NCBI RefSeq assembly: GCF_009914755.1
Contig: NC_060925.1
DNA: 64,000 nucleotides
Reading direction: 5' to 3' (one strand)
Source: the human T2T-CHM13v2.0 reference genome, Homo sapiens
In this document: piece after piece, positions 17,771 to 33,652 of the stretch
Position numbering within the stretch: the stretch's first letter is position 1
Layout: every line of letters starts with the position of its first letter
Notes under the pieces: generated by a model
The model's input: only the letters and a program-made list of their open reading frames with translations
What the model was told of the DNA's origin: nothing
Database searches by the model: none
Translations under genes and position numbers: made by a program

Positions 17771-19905
17771 TGATCCAATAGATCCCAGGACAGCTGAAAG
17801 AGGAAATGAGACCAGAAGCAGGAAGAACAATTAAAAAGACTCTGATAAGCATCCAGGTAAGAGAGACAGGCCTGATTATCTAAATTCTGCCCATCTTCAA
17901 AACCTAATTCAAGATACACTACTGCCTCCAAAAGCTCTCCTAATCCTAACAATTCCCAAGGAGTTACCTTTCTCTGAACTCCTGAGGCACTTATCTGTAG
18001 CATTCACTTCAACACTCATTCATTTGCCACCTGTCATTTCTATTTAATTTTGGGGTAATTTGTTTCTCAGATTAGACCAGAAGCTCCTAGGCTAAGGGCC
18101 ATAATTTAGGCACCTTTAATTTTTGCATGCTGTGTAATGCATTTTTGATACTTTTAATAAACACAGGTACATGACTCCCCAAAAATCTGGATACACCTTC
18201 ATGGGTGACTTTACCTTTCCACAGCAGAAGGAACTGAGAATCTCTTTTCCTTCAAGAACCTTAAAGATAGGAGCTAAAATGATGTAAAAATCAATCAAAA
18301 CTCCCTCCAAGCCAATGTTCCGATAAAGTAGTGATATTTAATCAGTGAGCAAGCATTAGTAGACTGTATAGGATACCATCAAGAAAAAAAAATGCCAAGA
18401 CAGAAGAATTTAGGCTTTTGACAAATTCCATAAAAAGTCAAACAAAAAATTTCTGATCATCTCTGATCTCTACCGCCAGAGATAACCTTTGCCAACCTAA
18501 GCATTAAGAACTTTCAATCAAGGAAAAAACATCTATTTTAAAAATTAACCCCTAAATCAATCCTTCTAATAAATATCACATTTTCTAGGTAGGGATACAC
18601 ATATTACCAGTAAATTTACAACTCAGCATTTTCCCATCTAAATTAGAGTAAGGTGAAGAAAAAAAACTTTCCAGGGAAATATTAAGAAGTAGTATAAATG
18701 TATTTTACTGCATAATCGATAAAGTATTTCACCTAAAATACCATTTAAATTTTCTACAACACTTGACTATACAACGGCCAGCTTGCACCACTACAGAAAT
18801 AGGAAGCTAGCAGCAACTAGTAAAAAGCAAGGGACATTCTGTGGTGATCAGTACTGACCTGGGAACTTTGCAGTTTTCAGATTTTTCATGTTTGACATTT
18901 AAAACAGAAAACTGACAAGTTTCTAATAAGAAACTAAAAGTTACATCAGAATTGATCTTCTTGCATGTGTTTAATGGCTACGAAGTGGATATTACAAAGT
19001 GCAGTTGAAGACTCTATCTCCAAAGAAACAATCGAGCAATCAAAGATGAGCTAGGATAGCTTGTAAGGGAACAGAAGGCAGTCCTTTCTATTCTGAAAGG
19101 CAGAAGAAATAGGAGAAACCTGTCAAACAACCTGGATGAAATCAAGGAGTTAACAAGCAACACTCATTTCCTTTAGCACTGTGAGAAAATTCCGGTTGCT
19201 AATAGAAAGCTGAGGAAAGTTTGGTTTGGCTTGTTTCATTTTGTTTTCCTTCCAAATCATCACTGAGTATGAACGACTGCTTTCCTCTCCTCACATTACT
19301 CAGTAAAAACTCCCCCATTGAATTGTCTTCCGGTGCCCTGCTCCCCAGCCTCCCAGAACGGCCCCCGCCCCCGCCTCCCTCCCAGCAAACGTGCTCAGAC
19401 GCCTCTGGGCTTGTTGTGGTCTCGCCAGTCTGCGGACAAGCGCTCCAAACTCAATGGACAATGGAGCTCACCCCCGTCAACGCGAACTACAAAGCTCAGG
19501 AGGGCCATTTCCCTTTTCCTGCCCAGATGCTGTTTTCGCTCCTTCGAAGCAAGATCCCATGCTCGACTAGACGGCCAGTGTGCGCCAGGACCCGCGTGTC
19601 TCCTTCCCCACCTGCAGAGCTGCTGAGCCCCTCGGCCCCCAAATAAATTGTACCGCAGCACACAGGCCAAAAAGGGCCCCCCACCACCAGGGGCTTGGCT
19701 GGGGACAGTGGCTTCACGGTCCAGGTAGGGATGGAGGGAACGTCTCTTGACGCTTGGTCATGGCCCTCAAGACTAAGCCGTCTCCACTGTTCCCCCTCCC
19801 CAGCTCCAACTTGCCTCCCCTCCCCCCACTGCGAGAAGACCTAGGAGGTGCGGGCAGGCAGCACCGCCACCTCTTCCTCCGGTGGAGCGCTCGGCCGACA
19901 CTCAC

Positions 19906-19940
19906 CCTTTCACCACAAAGAAGGGGTCCTCCATGGACAT
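19906..19940 (-). CDS. STX6: Syntaxin 6 coding exon 1 (MSMEDPFFVVKG, 35 nt)
   Basis: Reverse complement reads gacgccATG TCC ATG GAG GAC CCC TTC TTT GTG GTG AAA GG|gtgagt; known STX6 N-terminus; canonical donor at 19905-19900; inside a CpG island. Confidence 0.97.
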
Positions 19941-20294
19941 GGCGTCCCGGCCCCGGCCGCCTTCACCTCCTCCGCGCACAGGGCGCCCGTGCCTCCCGGT
20001 CTCCCTCCGCCCACCCCGCCTGTTCCCGCAGCTGCCCGCGCCTTAGTCTGGGTGAAGCCGAGCAGCGGGCACGCGCACAGGCCAGGTGCACAGGACGGCC
20101 GCTGGTCCAGCACTCGCTCAGCACCACTGGCCGAATCCCGGACTCGGGCGCCGGCCCCCTCGGCAGCCTCCAGTCCCGGCTCCTCCCGAAGCGTCGGAGG
20201 GCCTGACCCCACCCCCGGGACCCTCGGCCGCGGCCAATCACGAACGCCGCCTGAAACACGACTTCCGCACCCCGCTCACGTGACCAGGGCATAT

Positions 20295-20329
20295 ATCTCT
20301 CTCTCTCTCTCTCCTCTCTCTCCTCTCTC

Positions 20330-20374
<45 letters not shown>

Positions 20375-20381
20375 CCCCCCC
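20295..20381. repeat. (CT)n microsatellite plus C-run in the STX6 promoter
   Basis: About 75 bp of imperfect CT repeat followed by a C homopolymer. Confidence 0.95.
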
Positions 20382-20685
20382 CAGTGGGCGGGGCTTACGC
20401 CTGCGTCCCTCGGCCCTGGAGGCGGAGCCCTCGGGGCGGTGGAGGTGGGCGGGCTTCTACAGCCCTCTCCTCAAGCTTGAGGGTGAGGAGTGGCTTGTTC
20501 CCTCAGAACTAGGCAGTCGGCTTTTCAGGATAAGCTGTAGTTGTACCTGATTTGCAAAATCCTCTTACCTTTCCTCTACTTTTAATACTTAATTTTGACA
20601 GTATGTAATTTATAAATCTATCTGGTCCTCGACTTAAAATGAAGCATAGTATCTGATTATAATGTTACACAGATCCTTTAAGTAG

Positions 20686-21062
<377 letters not shown>

Positions 21063-24000
21063 ATTTTTCTCATTTTGTAGATAAGAAAATAAGTTCAGAG
21101 AGGCTTGAAGACTTCCTGTAGTCACACAGCCTGGACAGGGCAGAACTGCAGATTCTGTGCACTTTCCACCAGATGGGGTGTACTTTCTGTTGCTGTACAT
21201 TCTGCAAATAACCATGTAAAGTAATTTTTCATACAGCATATGGTGCTTCCCAGGAGAGCACACCTTCGAGGAATAAAGAAGGGGCCAGGTATGACAACTT
21301 CCTCTCACTGTGGTTCAAGAGCTATTCGAGAAAACATTTTGCCCAGAACCATTAACCAACTCATATGCTAGATATGCTATGAAATTTGTGGATGGGGATT
21401 GTGGACTTTGATTGCTGAAAATCATTGAGCACTTACTGTGTGTGTGTGTCAGGCAGGATGTTAAGTGTTATCTCAGTTGCTCTTACAATGTGATAATTAC
21501 TGCTATCATGCCCATTTTATAAATGAGAAATCTGAGACTCGGAGGTTAAGTGACTTGCCCAAGGTCACCAGTCTGGAGCTGGCACAGTCCTTGGAGCAAC
21601 ACAAACCCCGTTTAAACCTTGGCTCTATCATTCAGTTCCTCATCTATAAAACATAAATAATAATAGCTAGTTCATGGGTTGTTGTGATGGTTAAATAAAA
21701 ATGTGTGTAAACCTCAAGATCCCAAAGGACTAAGTTACTGAAGTCAGGAAAACCAGTAAGGACGCTGCTAAAGTCATGTGGCCTGAAGGGATGAGGTCCA
21801 GACCAGGATGACAGCGATTGAGAACAGAGAAGGAGTGAATCTGACAGATGTTTCAAAAGGAAAACAAGACTAAACACCTAGACATGATGAGGGGCTGAAT
21901 GGGTTTCAGGAGGGGAGAGAAGAGAGGGGTGAAAGCCAAAATCCCTGGAGGAGCGAATGATGGAAGGCAGATGTGGGGAAAGGAAGCAGTGTCCAATACT
22001 AGTGATTGCTAATGTTTATTGGGAGAGAACTGTTTAATTTACTTAGCTGGGGAGGTGAAAACGTGTCATCGTTCATTCATTCAACAAGCACATGTAAATT
22101 GAGGGGTAGGTGAGCATGGTGTTGAAGACCATCCTTGGAGTCTGATTGCTTGAGTTCTGCTGCTTCCTGACTGTTGCATCTCAGGCAAGCCGCTTCATCT
22201 CTCACTATCCTCAACTGTGAAATAGACACCGTAATAACAGTTATAGAGTGTCATGAGGTGATGTGTGAAAAGTGCTTAAAACAGTGCCTGACACATGTTG
22301 TGCTCCTACTGTGTGCTAAGCACTGAGACACAGGCATGAACAAGGCTTGGTTCTTGCCTTCAAGGAACTGTCAGACTGGTGGGAGAGACAGACTGGTGGG
22401 AGAGACACACAGTGAGAGAAGGGCACAGGTTGCCATAGAAACACAGCGACAAGATACCAGTATATTTGTGTGTTTTCGGGGCTGGGGCAGGGGGTTCCTA
22501 AGCAGTGACTAGAAGCAGCCAGGAGAAGGGGGCCATGTTGCTGGAGTAGAAGGAAAAGGATGGGGGCAGCAGGAGCTAAGCCTGGAGGTGGACAGGGTCA
22601 GATTATCAGGGCCCTTGTTTGTAATGTTCAGAATAGTGGACGCTTCCTATGGACAGTTCCCCATGGGGACTGAGGGAATTGACAGGGTCAGATTGGCATT
22701 TGAGACAGATGCTTCAGTGGCTAGGAGGTTATGGTCCAGAGGAGGGATGAGGGTATCCTGAGCTGGGCTTGTGACAACTAAGGTGGAGAAGAGTGATGCA
22801 TTTGAGACATACTTTAGAGGCAAAGTTAGTATACTTGGTGACTGATTGGTTCAGGGTATGGGGGAATTGATGAAAGAAGAGGGAGGAAGGCTTCTGGGGT
22901 TGTAAATGGGTAGTGTTGGTTCCAACCATCAAGAAAGAGAACACAAGAGGAGGATTTGATTTAGGGTGAATGTAAATTAGCTGTTAGCATGTCATTTATC
23001 CCCACCAAACAGTAAACTCCTGGAGGGACAGGATACTATGTTAATGTTATTATCACCTAAGTGCCTGACACGGCCTCTTATTATCTGTTCCATGAATTTC
23101 TTAATTGGACCACATATGACAGGCCAGAGTTTTATAAGTAGTAATAGAAGATAGAGGACAGAGGCTTGGGTTCCCATAATTAGGGGATTAGAAAAAGCAC
23201 CAACAATGGAGATAGTGGAGTGTCAAGATATAAAATGTGTGTATGTGTGTGTGTGTGTGTAGGTGTTCCTTTCTTTAATGTGTCACCCTCCTTTACCCTC
23301 TCTCAAACTAGACCTTGGCCTCCACTGCCCACAAGGAAAGGGAAGCTATGGCTAAAATGCAAGGAGAAACAAAGGAGGTTCTTTCTTTCTTTCTTTCTTT
23401 TTTTTTTCATTTAATAGGACCCACGTCCTGGCATAAACAATAGGTTGGGAAGAATACTCAGCAAAAACCCATCTCTTCCCACACCCCCACCCCTACCCCA
23501 CCCCCAACCCAAAAGAATAATTTAAATTTCTCAGGGAATAAAAAATCAAAACAGTGGTTGTCTTGGGGGACAGAGTTTGACTGGGAAGGGAAACTTTCTT
23601 GGGTACTAGAAATGCTCTGTATCTTGACGGAGTGTGTGTTACATGAGAGTATCATTTGTCAGAATTCCTCAAACCGAAACTCTTAATTGGACTTAACTTC
23701 TGTTCATTTTTCTGGGGGAGGTTGACATGCCAACTCTGAGCTTTCTGTAGAGTTCTGAGTGGGCAGCCAGGAGAACCTCTGGTTCCTGAGTGAGTCTCCA
23801 AAGTTAGGAGAGTGAATGAGGAAGGGAGCACACTGGGTCCTGCAATGCATCTTCTGCAGAAATAAGGAGATGGCAACACAGAGAATAAGGCACAGGCAGC
23901 CAAATGAGCTGAGGATCAGAAAGGAGCCAACCATATCACTGGGGATGCCAGGATAGACCTGAGAGGGATTGCAGTGGGTAGCCACCCCCTGCCCCTGGAA

Positions 24001-24157
24001 GCTGCGGGAATGCCATGACACCCCTACAAGGGGATCTCCCCTACTCTGAAATAATGACATTCAGCCTGCTCCTTCACTAGCCTGTTATAAGGAACAACTG
24101 GATCATATATGGGAATAATTTTTTATTTTTAAAATTTTTTATTTTTTAAATTTATGA

Positions 24158-24454
<297 letters not shown>

Positions 24455-25325
24455 TTAATTGTGGTAAAATACACATAACATAAAATTTACCATCTTAACC
24501 ATATTTAAGTGTACAATTCAGTAGTGTTAAATATATTTGCCTTGTTGTGCAACCAATGTCCAGAACTCTTTTCATCTTGCAGAACTGAAACTCTATACCC
24601 ATTAAACAACTCCCCATTCTCCCCCAACAATCTCTGGCAACCACCATTCTACTGTGTGTCTCTATGAATTTTACTACTCTGGGTACCTCACATAAGTGGA
24701 ATCATACAGGATCTGTCTTTTTATGATTTGCTTCTTTCAGTTAGCATGATATCTTCAAGGTTCATTCATTCATTCTACATATTGCAGAATTTCCTTCCTT
24801 TGTAAGCCTAATATTCCATTGTATATATACCACATTGTGCTTGTCCATTCATCCATCAGTGGACGACACTTGGCTTTCTTTCATCTTTTGGCTATAATGA
24901 ATAATGCTGCTATGAACGCTGGTGTACAAATATCTCTTTGAGACCCTGCTTTCCATTATTTTGGATATATACCCAGAAGTGGAACTGCTGGATATGGTAA
25001 TTCTATTTTAAATTTTTTTGAAGAACAGTCATATTGTTTTCCATTTTACATTCCTGCTAAAAGACACACGCATTCCAATTTCTTCATATCTTCATCAACA
25101 CTTGTTATTTTCTGGGTTTTCTTTTCCCTTATAGCAGTTGTACTAATAGGTGTGAGGTGGTATCTCATTATGGTTTTGATTCACATTTCTTTAATAATTA
25201 GTGATGTTAAGCACCTATTCGTGTGCTTATTGGCCATTTGTATATCTTTTTTGGGGGGTGGGGAGAAATGTCTATTCAAGTCCTTTGCCCATTTTTGATT
25301 GAGTTGTTTTGTTTTTGTTGAGTTC
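24455..25325 (-). mobile_element. L1M 3' fragment (antisense)
   Basis: catttaagtgtacaattcagt-like start; ataatgctgctatgaac; gagaaatgtctattcaagtcctttgccc. Confidence 0.85.
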
Positions 25326-26017
25326 ACCCTAAATCCTTCTTGAAACAAGGTAAAGAAAGGGAGAAAAGTGTTAACATAGATATAGGATATCATACTCTTC
25401 ATCATTATCCAACCTTTTAGAAACCCTGATATACATGTACATATTCCAGAACATTCCACTTATGTTAAGTTCCATTGATCTGGCTATGACTGTCTATGTT
25501 TCCTACCTCCAACCACAGAAAATATCCATACACATATCCAAAACACACTGGCCATGATTTATTTCCTCTTCCTGTTTGTTACCAACACCTCCACCACTGT
25601 CACCCTCTACACACTGATTTAAAATAAACAAGGAGGAATTCCAGTCAATTTACATATTCAGCACTAAGGAATGATGGAGAATTTGTGGAACATCCATTTG
25701 GTGGTCATTAGAAATGTTGTTTAAAAGTATGTAATGACATAGGAATGGCTTGAGTAAAAACAGCAAGACACAAAATTATACATATGATACAATTTCAGCT
25801 CTGTTCTTTCTTATACATTAAAATGTTTTGGTACATAGAAAATTTTTACACGTAGGAAAAAAGAAATCTATTTAAAGTTTGTCAACTACTACAGTGAAAT
25901 ATTTACTTGGATAGTCAGAAATCCAAAAAGTTTTTTAAAAAGAAGAGAAAAAGTAATAAAAGAGAAGTGAAAAGCCAAGTGACCACATACGAAAAAGTAC
26001 ATCAAAAGTTAGCAGTT

Positions 26018-26243
26018 TTCAGCCTGAGCAACATGGCAAAACCCCATCTCTACAAAAAAAAAATACAAAAATTAGCCAAGTGTAGTGGCTTATGCCTATG
26101 GTCCCAGCTACTCGTGAGGGTGAGGTGGGAGGATCACTTGAGCCAGGAGGCAGAAGTTGTAGTGAGCCATATTCACGCCACTGCACTCCAGCCTAGGCGA
26201 CAGTGAGACCCTGTCTCAAAAAAATAAATAAATAAATAAATAA
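26018..26243 (+). mobile_element. Alu (AluJ, 5' truncated)
   Basis: Partial left arm plus right arm, (AAAT)n tail. Confidence 0.9.
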
Positions 26244-26533
26244 CAGTTTTAAATCCTGTTTAGAATAAGGCAAGTTAGGAGGGTCTGAATGAATGGAAAT
26301 TGGTGAGTACTAAAAAGCTGAAATACGTTATTGGAATTCAGTGAATTTCTTGACAAGACGGTGGATTTGAACCACTATAGGAAGGGGAGGTATGTTCTTT
26401 ACCATCCTTTATGAATGTGACTGTGTATAAGGAAAGAAAAATCAATCTGTGTTGGTAAACTGGCTCATTGCAATAATAGTACTAGTGATTGCTAATATTT
26501 ACATACTATGTACCAGGCATTGTGCTAAGTGAC

Positions 26534-26885
26534 CGATGTGGTTGGGCTGTGTACCCAACCAAATCTCATCTTGAATTCTCATGTGTTGTGGTGGGAGGGA
26601 CCTGGTGGGAGGTAATTGAATAATGGAGGTAGGTCTTTCCCGTGCTGTTCTCGTGATAGCGAATAAGTCTCATGAAATCTGGCAGTATTATAAGGTGGAG
26701 TTTCCCTACACAAGCTCCTGTCTGCCTGCTGCCATCCACATAAGATGTGGCTTACTCTTCCTTGCCTTCAGCCATGATTGTGAGGCCTCCCCAGCTATGT
26801 GGAACTGTAAGTCCAATAAACCTCTTTCTTTTGTAAATTGCCCAGTCTTGGGTATGTATTTGTCAGCAGTGTGAAAACAAATACA
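26534..26885 (+). mobile_element. Solo THE1 (MaLR) LTR inserted in a MIR
   Basis: Typical THE1 sequence ending ...cagcagtgtgaaaacaaataca; perfect 5-bp TSD GTGAC at 26529-26533 and 26886-26890. Confidence 0.92.
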
Positions 26886-26950
26886 GTGACACACATGCAT
26901 TATCTTCAGAAGCTCCAGAATCCCCATATGGGGCAGGTTTTAGAATGTAA

Positions 26951-27302
<352 letters not shown>

Positions 27303-27697
27303 TCTTTTCTTAAATTATAGGTTTATTTGGGATTACTTAAGACAGCTGATGGCCATTATGCGTGTGTAGTAAAAGTACTCTAATGCCCCAACAAGTGACA
27401 AGTCACTTCTTGGTTCCACCACTGCTGATTTCACTGAATCCTCACAATAATCCTGTAAGGCAGAATTGGTTATTACCTCCATTTTCTATGAGAAATCCCA
27501 GACTTAGAGAAGTTAATAATTTGGTCAAAGGTCACATAGGTAGGAAATGTCAGAGCCTCATTTGAAAATAAGTTTGACTCCTGAACCCATGTTCTTTGCT
27601 ACAGTATTCTACTCCCATTTGTACAAGGACTAGCCTTGGCCAAAAATTGGCAAATGGATTTTACCTACCCACAGAAAAGGGCTCAAATCAAACTCGA

Positions 27698-27713
27698 CAC
27701 AGACACAGACACA

Positions 27714-27752
<39 letters not shown>
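27698..27752. repeat. (CA)n microsatellite
   Basis: cacagacacagacacagac(ac)n. Confidence 0.95.
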
Positions 27753-27754
<2 letters not shown>

Positions 27755-28384
27755 CTACTGAATTAAAAAAGAAATAGCCAAGGGGAAACTACTGATTAAA
27801 TATAATAAAATATATTATGTTGAAAACAACATTATTTAACAAACAAGACCCTTTTGCTAACTTGATAATTCATCATTTGGTTTTTAAGGATGAATTGCAC
27901 TAACTGCAAATGAGTCAGATTCCTCAGAGGGGCCTTAAAATACATATAATAAATCAGGTATTAAAAAGCCAAACACATAAAGGGATTTATAATGAACAGG
28001 ATAAGCACAACCCACTCTGAAAAGTGCGGCCTGAGATTTAAGTTTAGACTATTGCTCAGAGGTGAGGCTTGTTTTTCCACAAAGAGAATGCGAGGGATTC
28101 TCCCTACCTCAGTGCCTCCCAGCTTAGTGGGGCAGTCTTACCTGTCCTTGAAGATCTTGGCATAATTGAATCTATTAAAAATTTTAAGGACTATTAAAGC
28201 TATGCTATTAAAAACTGCATATTAATATTGGAAAATATAAATTTGAAAAGAATTTACAAAATACTATTAGGACGTAAAACCCTTTTTTGGTAAAATGAAC
28301 AAATAAAGGTATGCTTATATGCAGACATATGTAGTCAGCAAAACCACTGAAAAGAAATACACTAAAATATGTTAACAGCAAATT

Positions 28385-29444
<1,060 letters not shown>

Positions 29445-29777
29445 TCATACCTACTTTTTAATGTCAGTACAGCAGGTTATGGTATGGAATGCATTTTGGA
29501 ACAAGATATTAACAAAAATTCAAAGGAAAAAATACATGGCCATGGAATTCCAGTGCTGAGAGACATTTGGGAATATTGGGGGAGTTTTCCAAAAGAGAAA
29601 TCCAGGTGACTGTATTTGTTAAATGAGTAACAAAAGGAAAAACAATGTAAAGAAACAGAAAGGAAAGGAAGAGAGAAATACAAAGATCTGAGAAGAGAAG
29701 GTGCCAGGGGCCGCTGAGAGATTGCCAAATGTTAATTTCATTATTTGGCTTCTTATTTTATTCTGGGTAAAGGTAGA

Positions 29778-30272
29778 CCTATTAGTTTCCTGTTGCTGCT
29801 ATAACAAATTACCACCAACTTAGTGGCCTCGAACAATGCAAATTTATTCTTTCAAAGTTCTGGAGGACAGAAGTCCAAAAATGTGTCCTATCAGCTGAAA
29901 TCAAAGTGTTGTGTTCCTTCTGGAGGCTCTAAGGAGAATCTGTTCCTTCTCTTTTCTAGTTCTAGAGGCCATCTGCGTTCCTTGGCTCATGTCCTTCTTT
30001 CAGCAATGGCATCATCACTCTGACCTTTGCTTCCATTGTCACATCTCCTTGACTCTGACCCTTTTGCCTCCCTCTAATAAGGCCCCTCTGATTACACTGG
30101 GTCCACCAGATAATCCAGGATAGCTCTCTGTCTCAAGATCCTTAATTTAATCATATCTGCCAAGGGTTTTGTTTTGTTTTATTTTGTTTTTGCCATTTAA
30201 GGTAATATATCCACAGGTTCTGGCAATTAGGTTGTGGACATCTTTGGGGCGACAATTCTCAACCTACCATAC
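29778..30272 (-). mobile_element. MLT1 MaLR LTR upstream of MR1
   Basis: tattagtttcctgttgctgctataacaaattaccac...ttctggaggacagaagtcc...gtggacatctttgggg. Confidence 0.8.
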
Positions 30273-31090
30273 AACCGGTACATAAGGTTCTACTACCTAC
30301 TAAATGCATCATAAACAGAACTTCTGATCCTTCAACAACTCTGTGAAATATATGACAGGATTTGCTTTTAAAGTTGAAGAAATCAGGCCTTGGTGCAATT
30401 TGGGATTCTGCCCATGGTCAAATAGTGGGGAGGCAAACCCAGGTCCCTGAACCCAGCTCAAGCCTGCCTGCCTCATGGCCATGCCTCCATTCACCTCTCC
30501 CCTTCATGTCTACTTCCTCTTTCCTGTCTGGGCCTGTTCCCTAGCTCCCTGGACAAGCTTAAGCTGCTGTTTTCCAGTTTGTCATGTGCTCCTTATGACA
30601 GTGTAGCCACAGCTTGATCTTGGGGATTGCTGATTGAGCAAGCTGAGTGGCTGCCCCTCAGAATCTTCTGTTAGGCCTTTCTCTTGCCTTCTTTTATTCA
30701 GTAAGTGTTTTGAGCTTATTGTGCTGGGTGCTAGAGTAGCAGGGAGGACAGACCTAAGTTGAAGATTACGGGACAATCTAAGTGACACCTGCTATCTCAG
30801 ACAGAGACTTCAGCATCATAGGGAGCCAGAGCAGGGAGTTCCAAGCCCTGGGAACTGTGACTCTTTCTTACTGACCCTTAAGCAAAATTCTAAGCTCCAG
30901 GGAAGCAGAGGCAGCAGCTTGAGCTCCCTGATTGACCAGATATGATTAATCTTTGTTTCTCTGTGCTTTGAACATGACTATGCTCCATAAATATTTAAAA
31001 ATTGGGAATAGGGTGAAGATAGATACACCAAAAGGAGCAAGCAGTGTCTGAAACCAGCAAAGACTTAAAAGTTACCGAAGAAGGTGTTCA

Positions 31091-31243
31091 TGCTTTCATT
31101 TTATCTTTTTTTTTTAACCTAGCAACTGATGACACTGCATATCTTCCCCTGTTCTTATTGGGAGAAGGCCTTGTGTGTCACCAAGAGGTTCTCAGAAGGG
31201 ACCTGTCAGTTTTTGGTTAAAAGAACCCGGAAAGAGAAGGACT
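31091..31243 (+). other. MR1: Splice acceptor (AG 31121-31122) and 5'UTR part of the MR1 leader exon
   Basis: Long pyrimidine tract tgctttcattttatc(t)n aacctag; implies an upstream non-coding exon; candidate donor CA|GTAAGT at 30700/30701. Confidence 0.65.
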
Positions 31244-31310
31244 ATGGGGGAACTGATGGCGTTCCTGTTACCTCTCATCATTGTGTTAATGGTGAAGCAC
31301 AGCGATTCCC
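31244..31310 (+). CDS. MR1: MR1 signal peptide exon (MGELMAFLLPLIIVLMVKHSDS)
   Basis: Strong-context actATGg, hydrophobic leader, phase-1 donor C|gtgagt at 31311. Confidence 0.97.
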
Positions 31311-32044
31311 GTGAGTATCCCACGTCCTCTTCTCTCCTAACTCCAAAGTCGAGGCAGCCTAGAAGGCACAGCTTTTCTTCCTAAAACTTGTGGTGAAAAA
31401 TATAGAAGCCAGGGGCAGAAACGTGTATGTATTACACTCAGGACTCCAGGAGCAATGGATTGCCTGAACAGTTTCCCAGTTCATATTTGTAGGATTTTGA
31501 TGTCACCACCTTCTGAGGGAGGGGGAGCCGTTCTAGAAAGACTCTGGAACTTCCTCACTTTCCCTCTGAGCATGGCCTCCTTTCTTTTCTGCTCATATTT
31601 TTTCTTTTACTTTTGTTTCTCCTCTTTTCTAACTTCCAGAGTCTCATGAGGATGTAGTCAGAGTTTCAGGGGCATTAACAGTGGAGTAGATCCATTGTTC
31701 AGGTTTATTTATGTTTTTCCTCCTCAACACAAGCCCTACCTGTAATAAAAGATCCAAGAAAGATAAAACCATGGCTCTGGGTTTGTTTACTGACTGTGAG
31801 AAGTATTAATCAAGTAGAAGGGAGAGTTTTTCATTATTCGGGGAGCTCAAGTCACTGGGGAAGCAAATGCCTTCTGTTGCCTCAAATAGGGGAAAGGGCC
31901 CATGGGCTAGAACCACCAGGCTTCTCTGCCCTAATCACTTGCTCCCTGGGCTGAGGACTGGTACTGGTGGGCAGTGTCCAGAACTTAGACTTGGCCACCA
32001 CCATAGGTGTGACTGATGAACATGAGAGGAAGGAGTTCTTTCAA

Positions 32045-32596
<552 letters not shown>

Positions 32597-33149
32597 TTAA
32601 TTGTTCAAATATTGATTGATGGCCTACTATGTGCCAGGCACTTTGGGGGATATGGCAGCGAACAAGACAAACATAGTCTCTGCTTCCATGAAAATTTAAT
32701 CCAGAAAGTGTCATCATTTATGGGAAAGATTGGGGGTGAGGGTAAGAGGCAGAAGATGAAAGAGGAAAGGAGGAGAGAGGCAAAGGGTGATATTTTTGGA
32801 AATAATAAAGCTTATATATTACCTGCATGTGATTCTCAAAGAACTCTCCAATAATATGGAATAATATTCCTTAAACATATTATCTCCTATGACAATCTCA
32901 CTGACTATTTGTAGTAGGTGAAGAAAATATCCCCATTTAAAGATGAGGCCTAGATTTTTCTCTAGGCCTAGAGAGTGACCACGCTCACATAAGGAGCAAC
33001 CTGAAGGAGACTGCAGATCTTCTGGCCCTCGGTCCAGGGCTGTTCCACAATGTCATTGCTCCTTTGGGTGTGAAGACTTGTCACTTTGATAATTGGGGGG
33101 ACAGGAAATAAAACAAGTAAGTTATAACGGCAAGGGAAGGTCACTTGGT

Positions 33150-33652
33150 GCTGGCTGTTCTCCTTCTGACTCCTTAGAGTGCATCCTTCTCTGTTCCGTT
33201 CTGTGTCCTTGAGGCTGACTGCTAGACTGCATCACGTAGACTCTCTTGCAAGCTGATTTCTGCTTGGGTTCATACAATGGGAGACACTGAAAGGAGAGAT
33301 GTCAGAGAGCAGGGAGGAAAGAGAGGCTGGGATACATCTTTCTTGCTCCTTCCCCACTTTCTGTGATGTCTTTGGCAGTAGCTATGTTCTTCTGTAATGC
33401 TGTCTTCCCTGAATAACCCCTTCTTCATGGTTCTAGCTCCCATTGGGCTTCAGTAACGGTATTTGCTATTCTTATCTCTTAAGCCCTAGGGGTGATAATG
33501 GCTTCCCATAGTTGTTAGCCTGCAGATGCCCATCATCCTTGTTTGTTCCGTTAACCTTGACCATATCTCTGCAAGGAGTCCCTTCATTAAGGTCTCCTCA
33601 CATGACCCATCTGGCTTGAAGGCTGTTTCCTGCTAGGACCCTAACTGAACAT
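33150..33652. mobile_element. LTR33-like ERVL LTR
   Basis: caatgggagacactg...gagaggctggg...tgtttcctgctaggaccctaactga. Confidence 0.55.

Larger units (their letters stand above)
19350..20460 (-). promoter_or_regulatory. STX6: STX6 CpG island promoter and 5'UTR
   Basis: High GC and CpG density; CCAAT 20234-20238, ETS core ACTTCCG 20261-20267, E-box TCACGTGA 20276-20283, GC boxes about 20386-20453. Confidence 0.9.

Noticed and set aside
19221-20480. Long + strand ORFs (141, 150, 210 aa) antisense to STX6 exon 1
   Set aside because: CpG-island composition and a CT microsatellite (SLSL...) explain them; no recognisable domain.
30500-31243. Classical MHC-I promoter module (enhancer A, ISRE, SXY) upstream of MR1
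   Set aside because: I could not identify convincing matches by eye.
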